Positions 36,658-48,095 of a stretch of DNA of 64,000 bases are shown piece after piece. Each line of letters begins with the position of its first letter. Positions within the stretch are counted from its first letter, which is position 1. This stretch comes from an uncultured Candidatus Saccharibacteria bacterium (GTDB lineage: Bacteria; Patescibacteriota; JAUYIX01; CAYMIK01), in NCBI GenBank assembly GCA_964390745.1, contig CAYMIK010000002.1, positions 26,866 to 90,865 on the forward strand, given 5' to 3'. Both the position numbers and the translations under genes were made by a program. The notes under the pieces were generated by a model that searched no databases, was not told where the DNA came from, and worked only from the letters and a program-made list of their open reading frames with translations.

Positions 36658-37314
36658 TTAGAAAAGGCTAATCCAGTACTTCAATTTTGATTGTTCCATA
36701 AATCTATAATGCTTTCCCGGATCCTTAGAGATTTCTTCTTGCACATATTCTACAGCCTTCTCGAAACTCTTATATAGTGAAAATGGGTCAATAATGTACC
36801 TTTTTGATTCGCTTTTTTTCCAAGATTGATCTTCCTGTATGACATCGCCCGAATCTATTGCGCCCAAAATGAAGAAAGAAAGAATCTTGGTGGTTTTGTT
36901 TCGATGATAAAGTGAATACTTGTTATGTTTTACGCCATTTGCTAAATCGGCAAGGGCCTGAACAAGGTCCTGATTGTTAATAACCATATAACGTGACAAG
37001 AAGTCTGGGTGGCTAATGCCCAGAACTTTTCTCAGGATATCAATACCAATACTCAACAGTAGTAGCGATGCAAAAATTGCTGGACCAAACGTCAAGTTGT
37101 GCATATTATTCTTTCCTGCCCTCGTCTTTCCAAGACAATACATTATATCCTCTCTTAGCAAATAGAGCGGAGAGTACCTTATCCCGTATTTGATAATATG
37201 TTGCTCGTTGTATTTTTGTCTATAGTCCAGTGCATATCGCGCATGATCAAGCCTTGGGGAATAGAAATAAAAAAACGACCTCAGGTCAATTTCTTCTGTG
37301 GGAATCTTTTTCAT
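36658..37314 (-). CDS. Hypothetical protein (218 aa) in an AT-rich segment, start overlaps atpC stop (ATGA)
   Basis: Intact ORF. The coding DNA is visibly AT-rich relative to its neighbours. One hydrophobic segment (LTFGPAIFASLLLLSIGIDIL). No recognisable family. Confidence 0.55.
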   Translation of the reverse strand: MKKIPTEEIDLRSFFYFYSPRLDHARYALDYRQKYNEQHIIKYGIRYSPLYLLREDIMYCLGKTRAGKNNMHNLTFGPAIFASLLLLSIGIDILRKVLGISHPDFLSRYMVINNQDLVQALADLANGVKHNKYSLYHRNKTTKILSFFILGAIDSGDVIQEDQSWKKSESKRYIIDPFSLYKSFEKAVEYVQEEISKDPGKHYRFMEQSKLKYWISLF

Positions 37315-37717
37315 TTATCTTGAGCAACCTTCAGTCTCGTTCTCGCATACTCCAACGCCTTCAAAGCTTGATCAAAGCTCAACGAATTGTCTCTGCCTTG
37401 CATTACGGCAAGAGCTTTTTGTCGCGAAGCTTCAGCTTCGGCAATGTTGATATCCGAAGGAAGTTCGGCAGAATCGGCAAGAATAGTGACAATGTTGTTA
37501 TTTACTTCCAAGAATCCGCCGCTTGTGGCTAAGGCGATTCGCTCAGAGCCGCTGTGAATTTTAATTTCACCCGGCTCGATGAGGGTTACCAGGTTATCGT
37601 GGTGGGGAAGGATTGTTATTTCTCCTAACGCCGTTTTTGCGGTTACTGAATCTGCTGTTTGTGAATAAACAGTTTTTTCTTGGGTAACAACGGTGAATTG
37701 GAGAGACTTTGATTCCA

Positions 37718-37718
<1 letters not shown>
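37311..37718 (-). CDS. atpC: F1 ATP synthase epsilon subunit
   Basis: LQFTVVTQEKTVY...GEITILPHH, at the operon end after atpD. Confidence 0.85.
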
Positions 37719-39106
<1,388 letters not shown>

Positions 39107-40015
39107 TTATTTGCTAGATGCTGCGCCAGCAGAAATTTCTGCCAACTCCTTCGTGATGCCTTCCTGACGAAGGCGGTTAAATGTAAGTGTGAGATCATCA
39201 ATCAACTCGGAGGCATTGTCAGAAGCATTCTTCATCGCAATCATACGAGCAGAATGTTCCGAAGCATTGGCTTCGAGCAAATTGTGATACACAAGGGTTG
39301 AAACCAAACGGGGGAGAAGTTTTTCTAAAACTTCAGCTCGGCCGGGTTCAAAAATATAATCGGGTGCAACAGGAAGTGTCTCAAGTTTTTCTTTCACGTC
39401 ATCGCGAAGATCTCCGAGATCTTCAATTTTTTCATGTGTGAGTGGCAACACTCCACGAATGAATGGCTTCTGTGACAACGTGGAGTAAAAGTTTGTAAAT
39501 GCCATGATCACTTTGTCATAGGTGCCTTGCGTGTAGGGAGTGATCAGTGATTCTGTAAATTTCCCGGCATCTTCTGTAGAGAAATTTCCATCAAACGAAG
39601 GGAATTCGGCGAGAAGTTCACGGCCAGTTTTCTTAACGTAGTTGGTTGCCTTCTTTCCCGCGGTAATGAAGTGCGTTGTTTTGCCTTTTTTGTCCTGCTC
39701 TTTCAAGAATTCATCAACCTTGCGGAACATGTTGGTATTGAGAGCGCCAACTAGGCCTTTGTCTGGAGAAATGAGCGCCACGATCTGCAAGTTCGTTTGC
39801 TTCTTCATGAGAAGTGGGTGTTCGTTCACGTTCAATGTTTTTGCAAGGCTTTGCAACATCAAGAAAGCCTTTTCGGCATAGGCACGTCCTGCAACCGCAC
39901 GATCTTGCGCGCGTCGCATCTTGGTGGCCGAAACGGTCTCCATAGCCGAGGTAATCTGCTGAATATTCTTTGCAGATTTACGTCGTCTTTGAATTTCTTT
40001 CGTTGAGTTGCTCAT
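39107..40015 (-). CDS. atpG: F1 ATP synthase gamma subunit
   Basis: IQQITSAMETVSATKMRRAQ N-terminus, C-terminal ITKELAEI. Confidence 0.9.
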   Translation of the reverse strand: MSNSTKEIQRRRKSAKNIQQITSAMETVSATKMRRAQDRAVAGRAYAEKAFLMLQSLAKTLNVNEHPLLMKKQTNLQIVALISPDKGLVGALNTNMFRKVDEFLKEQDKKGKTTHFITAGKKATNYVKKTGRELLAEFPSFDGNFSTEDAGKFTESLITPYTQGTYDKVIMAFTNFYSTLSQKPFIRGVLPLTHEKIEDLGDLRDDVKEKLETLPVAPDYIFEPGRAEVLEKLLPRLVSTLVYHNLLEANASEHSARMIAMKNASDNASELIDDLTLTFNRLRQEGITKELAEISAGAASSK

Positions 40016-40062
40016 AGTTTATTTCTCGACTCGCTGCTTTTGCAGCTCGCTCGAAATATGAA

Positions 40063-41583
40063 TTACTTCTTAATGTTGTCCTTCACAAAAGCTTCGAGAA
40101 CTTTCTTTAATCCACCTTCGAGTTCATCGTTCCAATCGTATTTGGAGTCCTTCAGCGCTTGTACCCAGGTAGATCCAAACTTTTCAAGATGGTTATACAG
40201 TGCTTCTTCGAGTTCACCGATCTTTTCTACTTCTGCTTCGTCTAGATATCCACGAGTCACTGCGTAAATCATCGCAACTTGGTTTTCGACAGAAAGAGGG
40301 GAGCCCTGTTTTTGCTTCAAAGCTTCAACGACGCGCTTGCCTCGTTCAATCTTTTTCTTGGTATCAGCATCAAGGTCGGATCCGAACTGAGCAAATGCAG
40401 CCAATTCGCGGAACTGTGCAAGGTCGAGTCGCAAACCACCCGAAACTTTTTTCATGGCTTTGGTTTGAGCAGCGGAACCTACGCGAGAAACCGAGATGCC
40501 CGTATCGATAGCGGGGCGCACACCTTGGTAGAACAAGTCGGACTGCAAGAAGATTTGTCCGTCAGTAATAGAGATAACGTTCGTTGGAATATAGGCAGAA
40601 ACGTCACCGGCTTGCGTTTCAATGATTGGCAAAGCGGTAAGTGAGCCACCACTTTGTGCATCGGAGAGCTTTGCAGCTCGTTCTAACAAGCGTGAGTGGA
40701 GATAGAAAACATCTCCAGGATAGGCTTCGCGTCCTGGCGGGCGGCGTAAAATAAGTGAAATTTCTCGGTAGGCTGCAGCGTGCTTGGAAAGATCATCGTA
40801 GACAACCAGCGCATCTTTTCCTTGTGACATAAAATATTCACCGATAGCTGCTCCGGCGTATGGCGCCAAGTACAGAAGCGAAGCGGGGAATGACGAAGAA
40901 GCGTTTACAACAATGGTGTATTCCATTGCGCCGTGCTTCTCGAGTTCAGCAATAATTTTGGCAATCTTTGATTCTTTCTGCCCGATAGCAACATAAATAC
41001 AAATCAAATCTTTGCCTTTTTGATTCAAAATAGTGTCGATGGCGATAGTGGTTTTACCTGTTTGGCGGTCACCAATGATGAGTTCTCGCTGACCACGACC
41101 AACCGGAATCATCGCGTCAATCGACTTCAAGCCTGTTTGCACGGGAGTATCAACACCTTTACGTTCGATAACACCAGGGGCAATTTTTTCGATTGGAAAT
41201 GCCTTGTCGCTCGCAATAGCTCCCTTGCCGTCTAATGCTTCGCCCAACGAGTTGACCACACGGCCAATCATTTCATCGCCAACGGGAATTTCCAAAATTC
41301 GTCCAGTAGCTTTTACTTGGCCACCTTCGCCTAACTTTTTGTAGTCTCCAAGAACAATCGCACCAACGTTGTCTTCTTCAAGGTTCAGCGCAACACCAAA
41401 TACGCCGCCTTCGAATTCCAACATTTCGGACGATTGAATATCTGACAAGCCATAAATTTGAGCAATTCCATCGGACAATTTGGTAATAGTTCCGACCTTC
41501 TCGTGAAGGGCTTTATTTGGGATGCTCGCAATCTCTGCTTTCAAGCTTTCAATCACTGCATCCTTGAAGTTCATATCTTTCAT
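40063..41583 (-). CDS. atpA: F1 ATP synthase alpha subunit
   Basis: [18 protein letters not shown] Walker A. Confidence 0.97.
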   Translation of the reverse strand: MKDMNFKDAVIESLKAEIASIPNKALHEKVGTITKLSDGIAQIYGLSDIQSSEMLEFEGGVFGVALNLEEDNVGAIVLGDYKKLGEGGQVKATGRILEIPVGDEMIGRVVNSLGEALDGKGAIASDKAFPIEKIAPGVIERKGVDTPVQTGLKSIDAMIPVGRGQRELIIGDRQTGKTTIAIDTILNQKGKDLICIYVAIGQKESKIAKIIAELEKHGAMEYTIVVNASSSFPASLLYLAPYAGAAIGEYFMSQGKDALVVYDDLSKHAAAYREISLILRRPPGREAYPGDVFYLHSRLLERAAKLSDAQSGGSLTALPIIETQAGDVSAYIPTNVISITDGQIFLQSDLFYQGVRPAIDTGISVSRVGSAAQTKAMKKVSGGLRLDLAQFRELAAFAQFGSDLDADTKKKIERGKRVVEALKQKQGSPLSVENQVAMIYAVTRGYLDEAEVEKIGELEEALYNHLEKFGSTWVQALKDSKYDWNDELEGGLKKVLEAFVKDNIKK

Positions 41584-42116
41584 TGGTGTTTATTAACTCC
41601 CAGGATTAATTGTTCTTTCAAAACATTGATCTTTGCGCGTATCGTGTCGTCAATGACTTCGTCGCCATGCTGGATTCTTATTCCACCAAGGACCGAAGCG
41701 TCAACACGATGTACTACTTCAAGTTTTCTATCGAATTTCTTTTCCAATTTTTGTTCCAAAGATTTTTCTGTCTCTTTGGAGAGGGGAGTAGCCGATGTCA
41801 CAACGACTCGAGCTACGCCGGCATCTGCGTCTCGTGCTTCTTCAACTCGTTTGATGATGGTTTTGAGTTTTTCGATATCACCATTCTTCACAACAAGCAA
41901 AAGGAAGCGAGCGAATTCTTTTGAAGAAACTTTTTCTAACCACTTTTCTTTCTCTTCTGTTGTAAGGGTGGGGTCGAGCAAGAAACTGCGAAGCTTTCGT
42001 TCCGATCGTAAGAGATGGAAGAATGCCCACAACTCGTGCTGAAATTTCGTAAAAGCTTTTTCGCTCAAGCCAAGTTCAACAACGATCTTGGCATACTGTG
42101 ACGCCTCTAACTTCAT
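41580..42116 (-). CDS. atpH: F1 ATP synthase delta subunit (OSCP)
   Basis: Position between atpF and atpA. About 178 aa, helical, with a C-terminal [10 protein letters not shown]-type segment. Confidence 0.8.
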   Translation of the reverse strand: MKLEASQYAKIVVELGLSEKAFTKFQHELWAFFHLLRSERKLRSFLLDPTLTTEEKEKWLEKVSSKEFARFLLLVVKNGDIEKLKTIIKRVEEARDADAGVARVVVTSATPLSKETEKSLEQKLEKKFDRKLEVVHRVDASVLGGIRIQHGDEVIDDTIRAKINVLKEQLILGVNKHQ

Positions 42117-42610
42117 GCCAACTCCTTGATTGTCTTATCGACAATCGCTTCGTTCTTTTTGGCATCCATCGTTTCTTTGGAAACTTTCTCCAGCGCCATC
42201 ACGACCAACTTGGTTGTTTCGGCCTGAATCTCTGACTTCGCAGAATCACGCATGGCAGCAATTTCTCTTTCGGCACCTTCAAGCATCTTTTTCGAGTGCT
42301 CCTCGGCGTCTTTGTAGATATCCTGACTCAAGCGCGCGCCTGTCTTTTTCGCCTCATCAACAATACGTGAGGCTTCCTTCTTGGCTTCCTCGAGCTTCTT
42401 GGCAATTTCTGTATTAAGATCTTCGCGTTCTTTTTCGATTCGCTCAGCTTCCTGAATGCTCTTTTCGATCTTTTCTCGTCGTTTATCGAGCATTTCAACA
42501 ACTGGCTTGTACGCGAATTTCCACAATACAGCAGCCACTATCGCAAAGTTCACAACTTGTGCGATGAGAAGGCCTGGTTCAATTCCGAGTTTTTCAATGA
42601 GTTCGCCCAT
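42113..42610 (-). CDS. atpF: Fo ATP synthase subunit b
   Basis: N-terminal TM, then a long charged coiled-coil. Operon position. Confidence 0.85.
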   Translation of the reverse strand: MGELIEKLGIEPGLLIAQVVNFAIVAAVLWKFAYKPVVEMLDKRREKIEKSIQEAERIEKEREDLNTEIAKKLEEAKKEASRIVDEAKKTGARLSQDIYKDAEEHSKKMLEGAEREIAAMRDSAKSEIQAETTKLVVMALEKVSKETMDAKKNEAIVDKTIKELA

Positions 42611-42628
42611 AATCGCGGGCTCCTAAAC

Positions 42629-42856
42629 TTAAACGAACTTAACGATAAGAGCAACAACCAAGGCGTACACAGCGATAGCTTCAGCGAAAGCAATTGCCAA
42701 GATCATAGCGGTCTGAATCTTGCTTGCTGCTTCTGGATTTCGTCCAATAGCTTCCATAGCTTTTGCTGCCATCTTTCCGATAGCGAGTGCTGGGAACATA
42801 CCACCGATTGCGATAGTCGCACCTGCGATGATCGTGCTGATCATTTCTGCTGACAT
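42629..42856 (-). CDS. atpE: Fo ATP synthase subunit c
   Basis: 75-aa hairpin proteolipid with GRNPE loop and [10 protein letters not shown] (carboxylate helix). Confidence 0.93.
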   Translation of the reverse strand: MSAEMISTIIAGATIAIGGMFPALAIGKMAAKAMEAIGRNPEAASKIQTAMILAIAFAEAIAVYALVVALIVKFV

Positions 42857-42900
42857 AGTGATCCTTTCTTAATTGAATAATAAATTAATGATAAACAAAA

Positions 42901-43713
42901 TTAGTGTGAACTCTTTGCTTCCTTTGCGGCAACTTCTTTGGTAGGTTTTGCATGTTCTGTGTGCTCTTCGTGTTCAGAGTGATCGGCCATGGCTGTCTTC
43001 ATAAATACAAGGGTCAAAAGTCCGAATACCAGCGCTTGTATAAATCCAACGAAGAGTTCAAGGAAGTAAAATGGTACCGGTGCGACATAGGCTGCCAGGT
43101 AGGCGATAACGGCCAGGAGTACTTCGCCAGCGAAGACGTTTCCAAAGAGTCGAAAACTGAAAGAAATGAGGTGTGCAACTTCGCCAACAAGCTCTAGTAT
43201 ACCCACAAAGAAGGGAATTATGCCAGAAAAGTTGATGAACTTTTTACCGTATTTAAAGAACCCAATGGCCGCAATTCCAAAGAACTGAGTTACAACAATA
43301 GATACTATTGCTAAGGCGAGGGTCGAGTTAAGATCGCTGTTTGGTGAACGTAAGAATGGAACGAACTCTTTGCCGTGTTCGCCGATTTCGTAGAATCCAA
43401 TGGTTCCAACTCCCGGGAAAAGGCCCAGCCAGTTTGAAAGGGTAATAAGAAGTAAAAATGTAGCGATAAAAGGCAGAACGCGTCGAGTAAGCTTGCGGTC
43501 CTCCATGATTCCGTGCACCAGGTTGTATATTGCCTCAATGATTCCCTCGAAGAGATTGGCAAAACCCTTTGGAACAATTTCTGTGTTCTTTGTGCCAAAG
43601 TACGCAATCAAACATATCACAATAACCGCAACCCACGATGTCACCAATGTATTGGTAATTGGCAATGGGCCGATGTGGAAAAGAATTTCACTTGCGAGCG
43701 ATATATGGAGCAT
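42901..43713 (-). CDS. atpB: Fo ATP synthase subunit a, with His/Glu-rich C-terminal tail
   Basis: FRLFGNVFAGEVLL (essential Arg). Tail DHSEHEEHTEHAKP. Confidence 0.9.
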   Translation of the reverse strand: MLHISLASEILFHIGPLPITNTLVTSWVAVIVICLIAYFGTKNTEIVPKGFANLFEGIIEAIYNLVHGIMEDRKLTRRVLPFIATFLLLITLSNWLGLFPGVGTIGFYEIGEHGKEFVPFLRSPNSDLNSTLALAIVSIVVTQFFGIAAIGFFKYGKKFINFSGIIPFFVGILELVGEVAHLISFSFRLFGNVFAGEVLLAVIAYLAAYVAPVPFYFLELFVGFIQALVFGLLTLVFMKTAMADHSEHEEHTEHAKPTKEVAAKEAKSSH

Positions 43714-44051
43714 TATGCGTTGTCTTTTGTGTCGTTATCTTTTGAAGTTTGTGATTTTGAGTCAGATGTGTCTGGTTTGCCAAGATCATCAATGATGGGC
43801 GCGGCAATTCGGTAGATGCCTATGGTAGAGATTGCGAGTGAGGCAAGTATTCCGATAAGCAAAAAGATGGGGGATGTGCCAAGTCTTTTATCAAGTAACC
43901 TTCCTCCAAGGGCAAGAAGAACAATCGGGAGCGCGATGGTATAACCCATGCGCCAGGCGAGGTCTACGACTCTCCAATCGAATTTCGATCCGTTTTCAAC
44001 TTGCTTCATTTTTGGCGCCTCCATTCTATACGCTGAAGTACAAATCGTCAA
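43713..44051 (-). CDS. AtpZ/AtpI-like small membrane protein preceding the ATP synthase operon
   Basis: Two TM helices with LGGRLLDKRLGTSPIFLLIGIL, resembling the ATPase_gene1 (AtpZ) family. Overlaps the atpB start. Confidence 0.6.
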   Translation of the reverse strand: MTICTSAYRMEAPKMKQVENGSKFDWRVVDLAWRMGYTIALPIVLLALGGRLLDKRLGTSPIFLLIGILASLAISTIGIYRIAAPIIDDLGKPDTSDSKSQTSKDNDTKDNA

Positions 44052-44141
44052 GGGTCAAAATTTTAGAGGTTCTTGACCCTAAGAAGCGTCCAGATGTTTT
44101 ACGCGGTATGATATAATTCTCAGTGTAATTTTTAGGCCAAA

Positions 44142-44735
44142 ATGATCAAATCTATCTGCGTATTTGGTGATAGCATCGCATATGGGCGAAGTGATCTTGA
44201 GGTCGGTGGGTGGGTTACTCGCCTGAAGCTCGCTCTTCTTACCGATACCAAAGACTACACGGCCGTATTAAACTTTGGAATTCCTGCAGACCTCGTGGCC
44301 AAAGCAGTAGACAGAATCAAGCCAGAGGTGGAGTATTGCGAACCCGAGCTTTCATTTCTTGCTCTTGGAGTAAACGACACACCACATACATCTTTGCACG
44401 GATTGCCTACTACACAACTCAGAGACTTCAAGCGCCACTACGCACACATTATTAAAGTGCTGCAGAAGAATTCTAATCGTATATGTCTCATTGGTATTAC
44501 CAATGTTCACCCAAATAATCCTTGGCGCTATTCAAACGATGAAATTCAAAGATACAACAAAATTGTAACGACACTCGCCCAAAAAAAGGGGATAGACGTA
44601 ATCGAAACCTTTGGGCTCCTCGACCCTTCCACCGACTTTACAAAAGACGGAGTCCATCCAAATGGCAGAGGACACAAAAAGATATTTGAAAAAGTTTTGC
44701 CGGTTGCAAAAAGATTAGTAGAAAACAACAGATAG
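44142..44735 (+). CDS. SGNH/GDSL-family hydrolase
   Basis: ICVFGDSIAYG (GDS block I), GVND (block III), DGVHPN (block V). Confidence 0.8.
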   Translation: MIKSICVFGDSIAYGRSDLEVGGWVTRLKLALLTDTKDYTAVLNFGIPADLVAKAVDRIKPEVEYCEPELSFLALGVNDTPHTSLHGLPTTQLRDFKRHYAHIIKVLQKNSNRICLIGITNVHPNNPWRYSNDEIQRYNKIVTTLAQKKGIDVIETFGLLDPSTDFTKDGVHPNGRGHKKIFEKVLPVAKRLVENNR

Positions 44736-45329
44736 TAAGATGATGATACGTTGAGTTAAGAGTCCCGGGGAAGGCATGCAAATGCCAAGGGATTGAGCTC
44801 AGTGATACGTCGCACAATGTATCTTATGCGAACCATGTTTGAGATCAAGAAGGGGCCAAAACGCATCTCAATTACCCCGCTTCCCAACAAAGAGCTACGA
44901 AACGTTATGTTTCTATTATTCGTATGTCGCTAACGTTGTTCTCTCTTTCTGTTTATCTCTGCACTCCTTGTTTGACGTCTGCATATATAGATATGCCTTA
45001 GTTTGTGTATTTTTGACCCCTATGGGGTCTCAAATCGTCCTAGGGCCGCCTAAGTTGACTACGCAAGGCTTTAGGATACGTCAAATAGTCTCTTATGTAC
45101 TATGGCTGTGCCATAAAGAGGTTTTTTGCGGTTTGCGCTAAGTTCTTTCGGCAGTACATATAAAGCAAACCAAGACTCATGTGATCGCCAGCTGACACTT
45201 GTGAAAGACTTGATATTCCGTACACGAGTGCACGTGACATAATACAAAGAGCGACTCTGCCTGAGAGCTGTACCTTAGAACCCTTCATGTGTCGCACAAT
45301 ATTAAGGCTATTCTTCGAACAATGATCTA
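44736..45329. other. ORF-poor ~600-bp region; candidate structured non-coding RNA or regulatory region
   Basis: No ORF with coding character. Palindrome gacccctatggggtc (~45011-45025). Hairpin tatggc-tgt-gccata followed by aagaggttttttgcgg (~45100-45127). Partial internal repeats gatacgtc..tcttatg (x2) and gtcgcacaat (x2). Confidence 0.3.
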
Positions 45330-46532
45330 CTAGTAATAGTTCATTGCATTCACAGGAACACCGTTCACGCGTACTTCAAAGTGTAAGTGTGCGCCAGTGG
45401 AAAAGCCCGTAGTACCAACGGCAGCAATCTTTTGACCGGCACTCACCGTCTGACCATTTTGCACGTATATTGCTGATGTGTGTCCGTAAATAATGAGCAG
45501 GTTGCCGCTCTGAACGGCTACATAATAACCATACCCGCCATGGTTCGAACTCCAACCCGCGTGTACCACTACCCCATTCGTTGCTGAGTATATTGGGGTA
45601 CCAGATGGTGCTCCAATATCGGTACCCGTGTGTGTAAGCCCTGGGAAGTATCCAGCGCAATGGAATGGACACGTAATAACACCCATTCCAACGGGCAGTG
45701 GCCAAACAAAACCGCTTGTGTATGGCTCAGAGACGCCGTAGTGTGTGTTGTTTTCACGAAGCTGTCGCTCGAGGGCAGCGATTTCTGATTGACTCTTGTT
45801 GTACTCATCTCGTGCTCGTGAGAGCTGCGTCTGGAAGTTGGCTTCGTCATTTTTTGTTGAATCAAGGAGCTCTTGCTTCTCCTGTTTTGCGCCATTTAAC
45901 TCGCTGATCTTCATATCAAGATCTTTCTTCTGCTTCTCAAGGTTGCTTCTCGTGGTAACGAGTTCTTGTTTCTTGAGGTTGAGTTGCGCTTCGAGGTCCT
46001 TTATCGTGTCGAGAGAGTCTTTTACGTCGCCCTGCAGCGTTTCGATATTTTGCATATTGTTCAAAATATCTGAGAACGAATGATTCGAAAGCAGCATCTC
46101 TATCGAGCTCGTGTCGTCGGTGTAGCTCAAGGTTCGAATGTATTCAGAAATAACGTTCTTTTGGTGCGCGATCTGTGCTTCGGCATCGGTAATATTAGAC
46201 TCAGTCTGCTTGATCTGGAGATTTGTGCTCTGGATGTCTGTTTTTTTCTTGTTTACTTCGAGCTGATTCTTCTTTATCTGGTCATCAAAAATAGCCACCT
46301 GATTAGAAAGTGTGGCTGCTTGCCCCTGTTTTTCTTTTATGTCGCCCTGAAGCTGAGAAATTTTGTCTTGGAGGGCGTTGGATTCACTATTTTTCTGATT
46401 TATCTGATCGTTGATACCCGCAACAACAGCGCCTTGTGGCAGCATGAGTGTAAAAACAAAAATACCAGCAAGAATTGCTGATGCAGCTCGTTTGTTTCGT
46501 TTTCTTTTTGGTAATTCGATCATCGGTGTCAC
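45330..46532 (-). CDS. M23-family metallopeptidase (LytM/EnvC-like) with N-terminal coiled coil
   Basis: N-terminal signal/TM and ~250 aa of coiled coil. C-terminal GTTGFSTGAHLHFEV (HxH zinc motif). Confidence 0.88.
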   Translation of the reverse strand: MTPMIELPKRKRNKRAASAILAGIFVFTLMLPQGAVVAGINDQINQKNSESNALQDKISQLQGDIKEKQGQAATLSNQVAIFDDQIKKNQLEVNKKKTDIQSTNLQIKQTESNITDAEAQIAHQKNVISEYIRTLSYTDDTSSIEMLLSNHSFSDILNNMQNIETLQGDVKDSLDTIKDLEAQLNLKKQELVTTRSNLEKQKKDLDMKISELNGAKQEKQELLDSTKNDEANFQTQLSRARDEYNKSQSEIAALERQLRENNTHYGVSEPYTSGFVWPLPVGMGVITCPFHCAGYFPGLTHTGTDIGAPSGTPIYSATNGVVVHAGWSSNHGGYGYYVAVQSGNLLIIYGHTSAIYVQNGQTVSAGQKIAAVGTTGFSTGAHLHFEVRVNGVPVNAMNYY

Positions 46533-46574
46533 CGATTATACCACAAAAGCGACCCTTCGTACAGTGCAGGTTGG

Positions 46575-48041
46575 TTAAGCGTTTTGAAGCTTTTCTTTGG
46601 CTTTTGTGAGCCGTTCTACCGACTCCTCAACACCCATGGCCCAGATCATTTCAAAGACCCCTGGGGACATCTTTTTTCCAGAAAGCGCGTATCGAAGTGG
46701 CCAAAAGAAGTTTCCTGGCTTCAAATTGAGCTTTTCTGCCTCTTTTTTCAGATCTTCTTCAAGCTTTTTCGGGTCTAAATCAGCATTGTTCTGGCCAGCA
46801 ATAAAGGTTTTACCCGCTTCGAGTGCTTGGAGCGCCTCTTCTTTGTTGGACTTCTTCCAAATAACCTCATTGGCATCGTACGTAGCATCATATTCAAAGA
46901 AGAGTTTCGTAAGTTCGGGAAGTTCTGAGAAGCATTTGAGTCGCTCTTGCTGAATAAGGAGTGCGCGGTCAATGAGCGATTCGTGAGTAGAAGCAACATC
47001 ACCCAGGAACGGCTTAGCGTACTCGAGATATTCTTTTTGAGGCATTTGCTTAATGTAATGGGCATTGAACCAGTTGAGGCGGTCCATGTTTACCACAGCT
47101 CCAGCCTTGTGGACGTTCGCAAGATCAAATTTTTCAATCATCTCTGGAAGTGAAAGAATTTCTTGTTCGGTTTTTGGATTCCAGCCCAGGAGCACCACGA
47201 AGTTCAAGATAGCATCGCGCAGATAGCCTTTTTGGATATAGCTTTCAACAGAAACATCGCCCTTGCGTTTTGAAAGCTTGGTTTTGTCGGGATTTAAGAG
47301 CAAAGGAAGATGTGCGTATTCTGGCTTCTCCCAGCCAAACGCTTCGTACAAAAGAATGTGCTTTGGCGTTGACGAAAGCCACTCTTCGCCACGGAATACG
47401 TGTGAAATCTTCATGAGGTGGTCATCAACGATCACGGCAAGATGGTAGGTAGGAAATCCGTCGGACTTCATGAGAATCTGGTCATCAACGGTATTGGTAT
47501 TAAATGTTACCTTGCCACGCACCAAGTCATTAAAAGTTACTTCTTTATTTTCTGGGACAAACATACGCACAACATGCGGTGCATTTTGCTGCAACAGCTC
47601 CTTGGTCTTTTCTTCTCCTAGGGTAAACTGGTTTCGCATAGAATCGCGATCATACATGGGCGCGCGCTTTTCTGCGGTTTGTTTGGCGCGCATAGCCTCG
47701 AGCTCTTCTGCGGTATCAAAGGCGTAGTAAGCACTCCCCTTCTCAATCAATTCTTGAACATATTTATTGTACAAGTCCTTTCGTTCTGATTGTGTGTAGG
47801 GGCCAAAATCGCCTCCCTTGTCGAGTCCTTCGTCATACGCAAGACCAGACCACTTCAAGGTCTTCATGAGTGCGTCTACGGCACCTTCAACTTCTCGTTT
47901 TTGATCGGTATCTTCTACACGAATAACAATCGTGCCATGGTGCTTCTTGGCAAAAAGATAGTCGTACAGATAGGTACGGAGGGTTCCAATGTGGAGATAT
48001 CCTGTTGGACTTGGCGCGAGTCGAACTCTGACGGTGTTCAT
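46575..48041 (-). CDS. gltX: Glutamyl-tRNA synthetase
   Basis: RLAPSPTGYLHIGTLRT (HIGH) and KLSKRKG (KMSKS). Confidence 0.92.
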   Translation of the reverse strand: MNTVRVRLAPSPTGYLHIGTLRTYLYDYLFAKKHHGTIVIRVEDTDQKREVEGAVDALMKTLKWSGLAYDEGLDKGGDFGPYTQSERKDLYNKYVQELIEKGSAYYAFDTAEELEAMRAKQTAEKRAPMYDRDSMRNQFTLGEEKTKELLQQNAPHVVRMFVPENKEVTFNDLVRGKVTFNTNTVDDQILMKSDGFPTYHLAVIVDDHLMKISHVFRGEEWLSSTPKHILLYEAFGWEKPEYAHLPLLLNPDKTKLSKRKGDVSVESYIQKGYLRDAILNFVVLLGWNPKTEQEILSLPEMIEKFDLANVHKAGAVVNMDRLNWFNAHYIKQMPQKEYLEYAKPFLGDVASTHESLIDRALLIQQERLKCFSELPELTKLFFEYDATYDANEVIWKKSNKEEALQALEAGKTFIAGQNNADLDPKKLEEDLKKEAEKLNLKPGNFFWPLRYALSGKKMSPGVFEMIWAMGVEESVERLTKAKEKLQNA

Positions 48042-48095
48042 AATTGTGAGTACTTTTTGTGTTCTTATGCTAACAAAATGCCTAAATTGTGCAAG

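Noticed and set aside
37311-37313. Alternative genetic code (TGA=Gly, code 25)
   Set aside because: TGA and TAA both terminate well-conserved proteins at the expected lengths. Examples are the atpC TGA at 37311-37313 and the priA TAA, so the standard code is in use.
44736-45329. RNase P RNA hypothesis for the ORF-free gap
   Set aside because: A P4-like 5' element (agagtcccgggg) and agaaccc near the 3' end are present. The strands are not complementary, so the universally conserved P4 helix cannot form.
44736-45329. tmRNA hypothesis for the ORF-free gap
   Set aside because: There is no tRNA-Ala-like acceptor/T-arm (GGTTCGANTCC...CCACCA-compatible 3' end) and no 5' GGGG pairing partner.
45542-45553. 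tRNA T-loop-like ggttcgaactcc
   Set aside because: It lies inside the well-supported M23 peptidase CDS and has no cloverleaf context.
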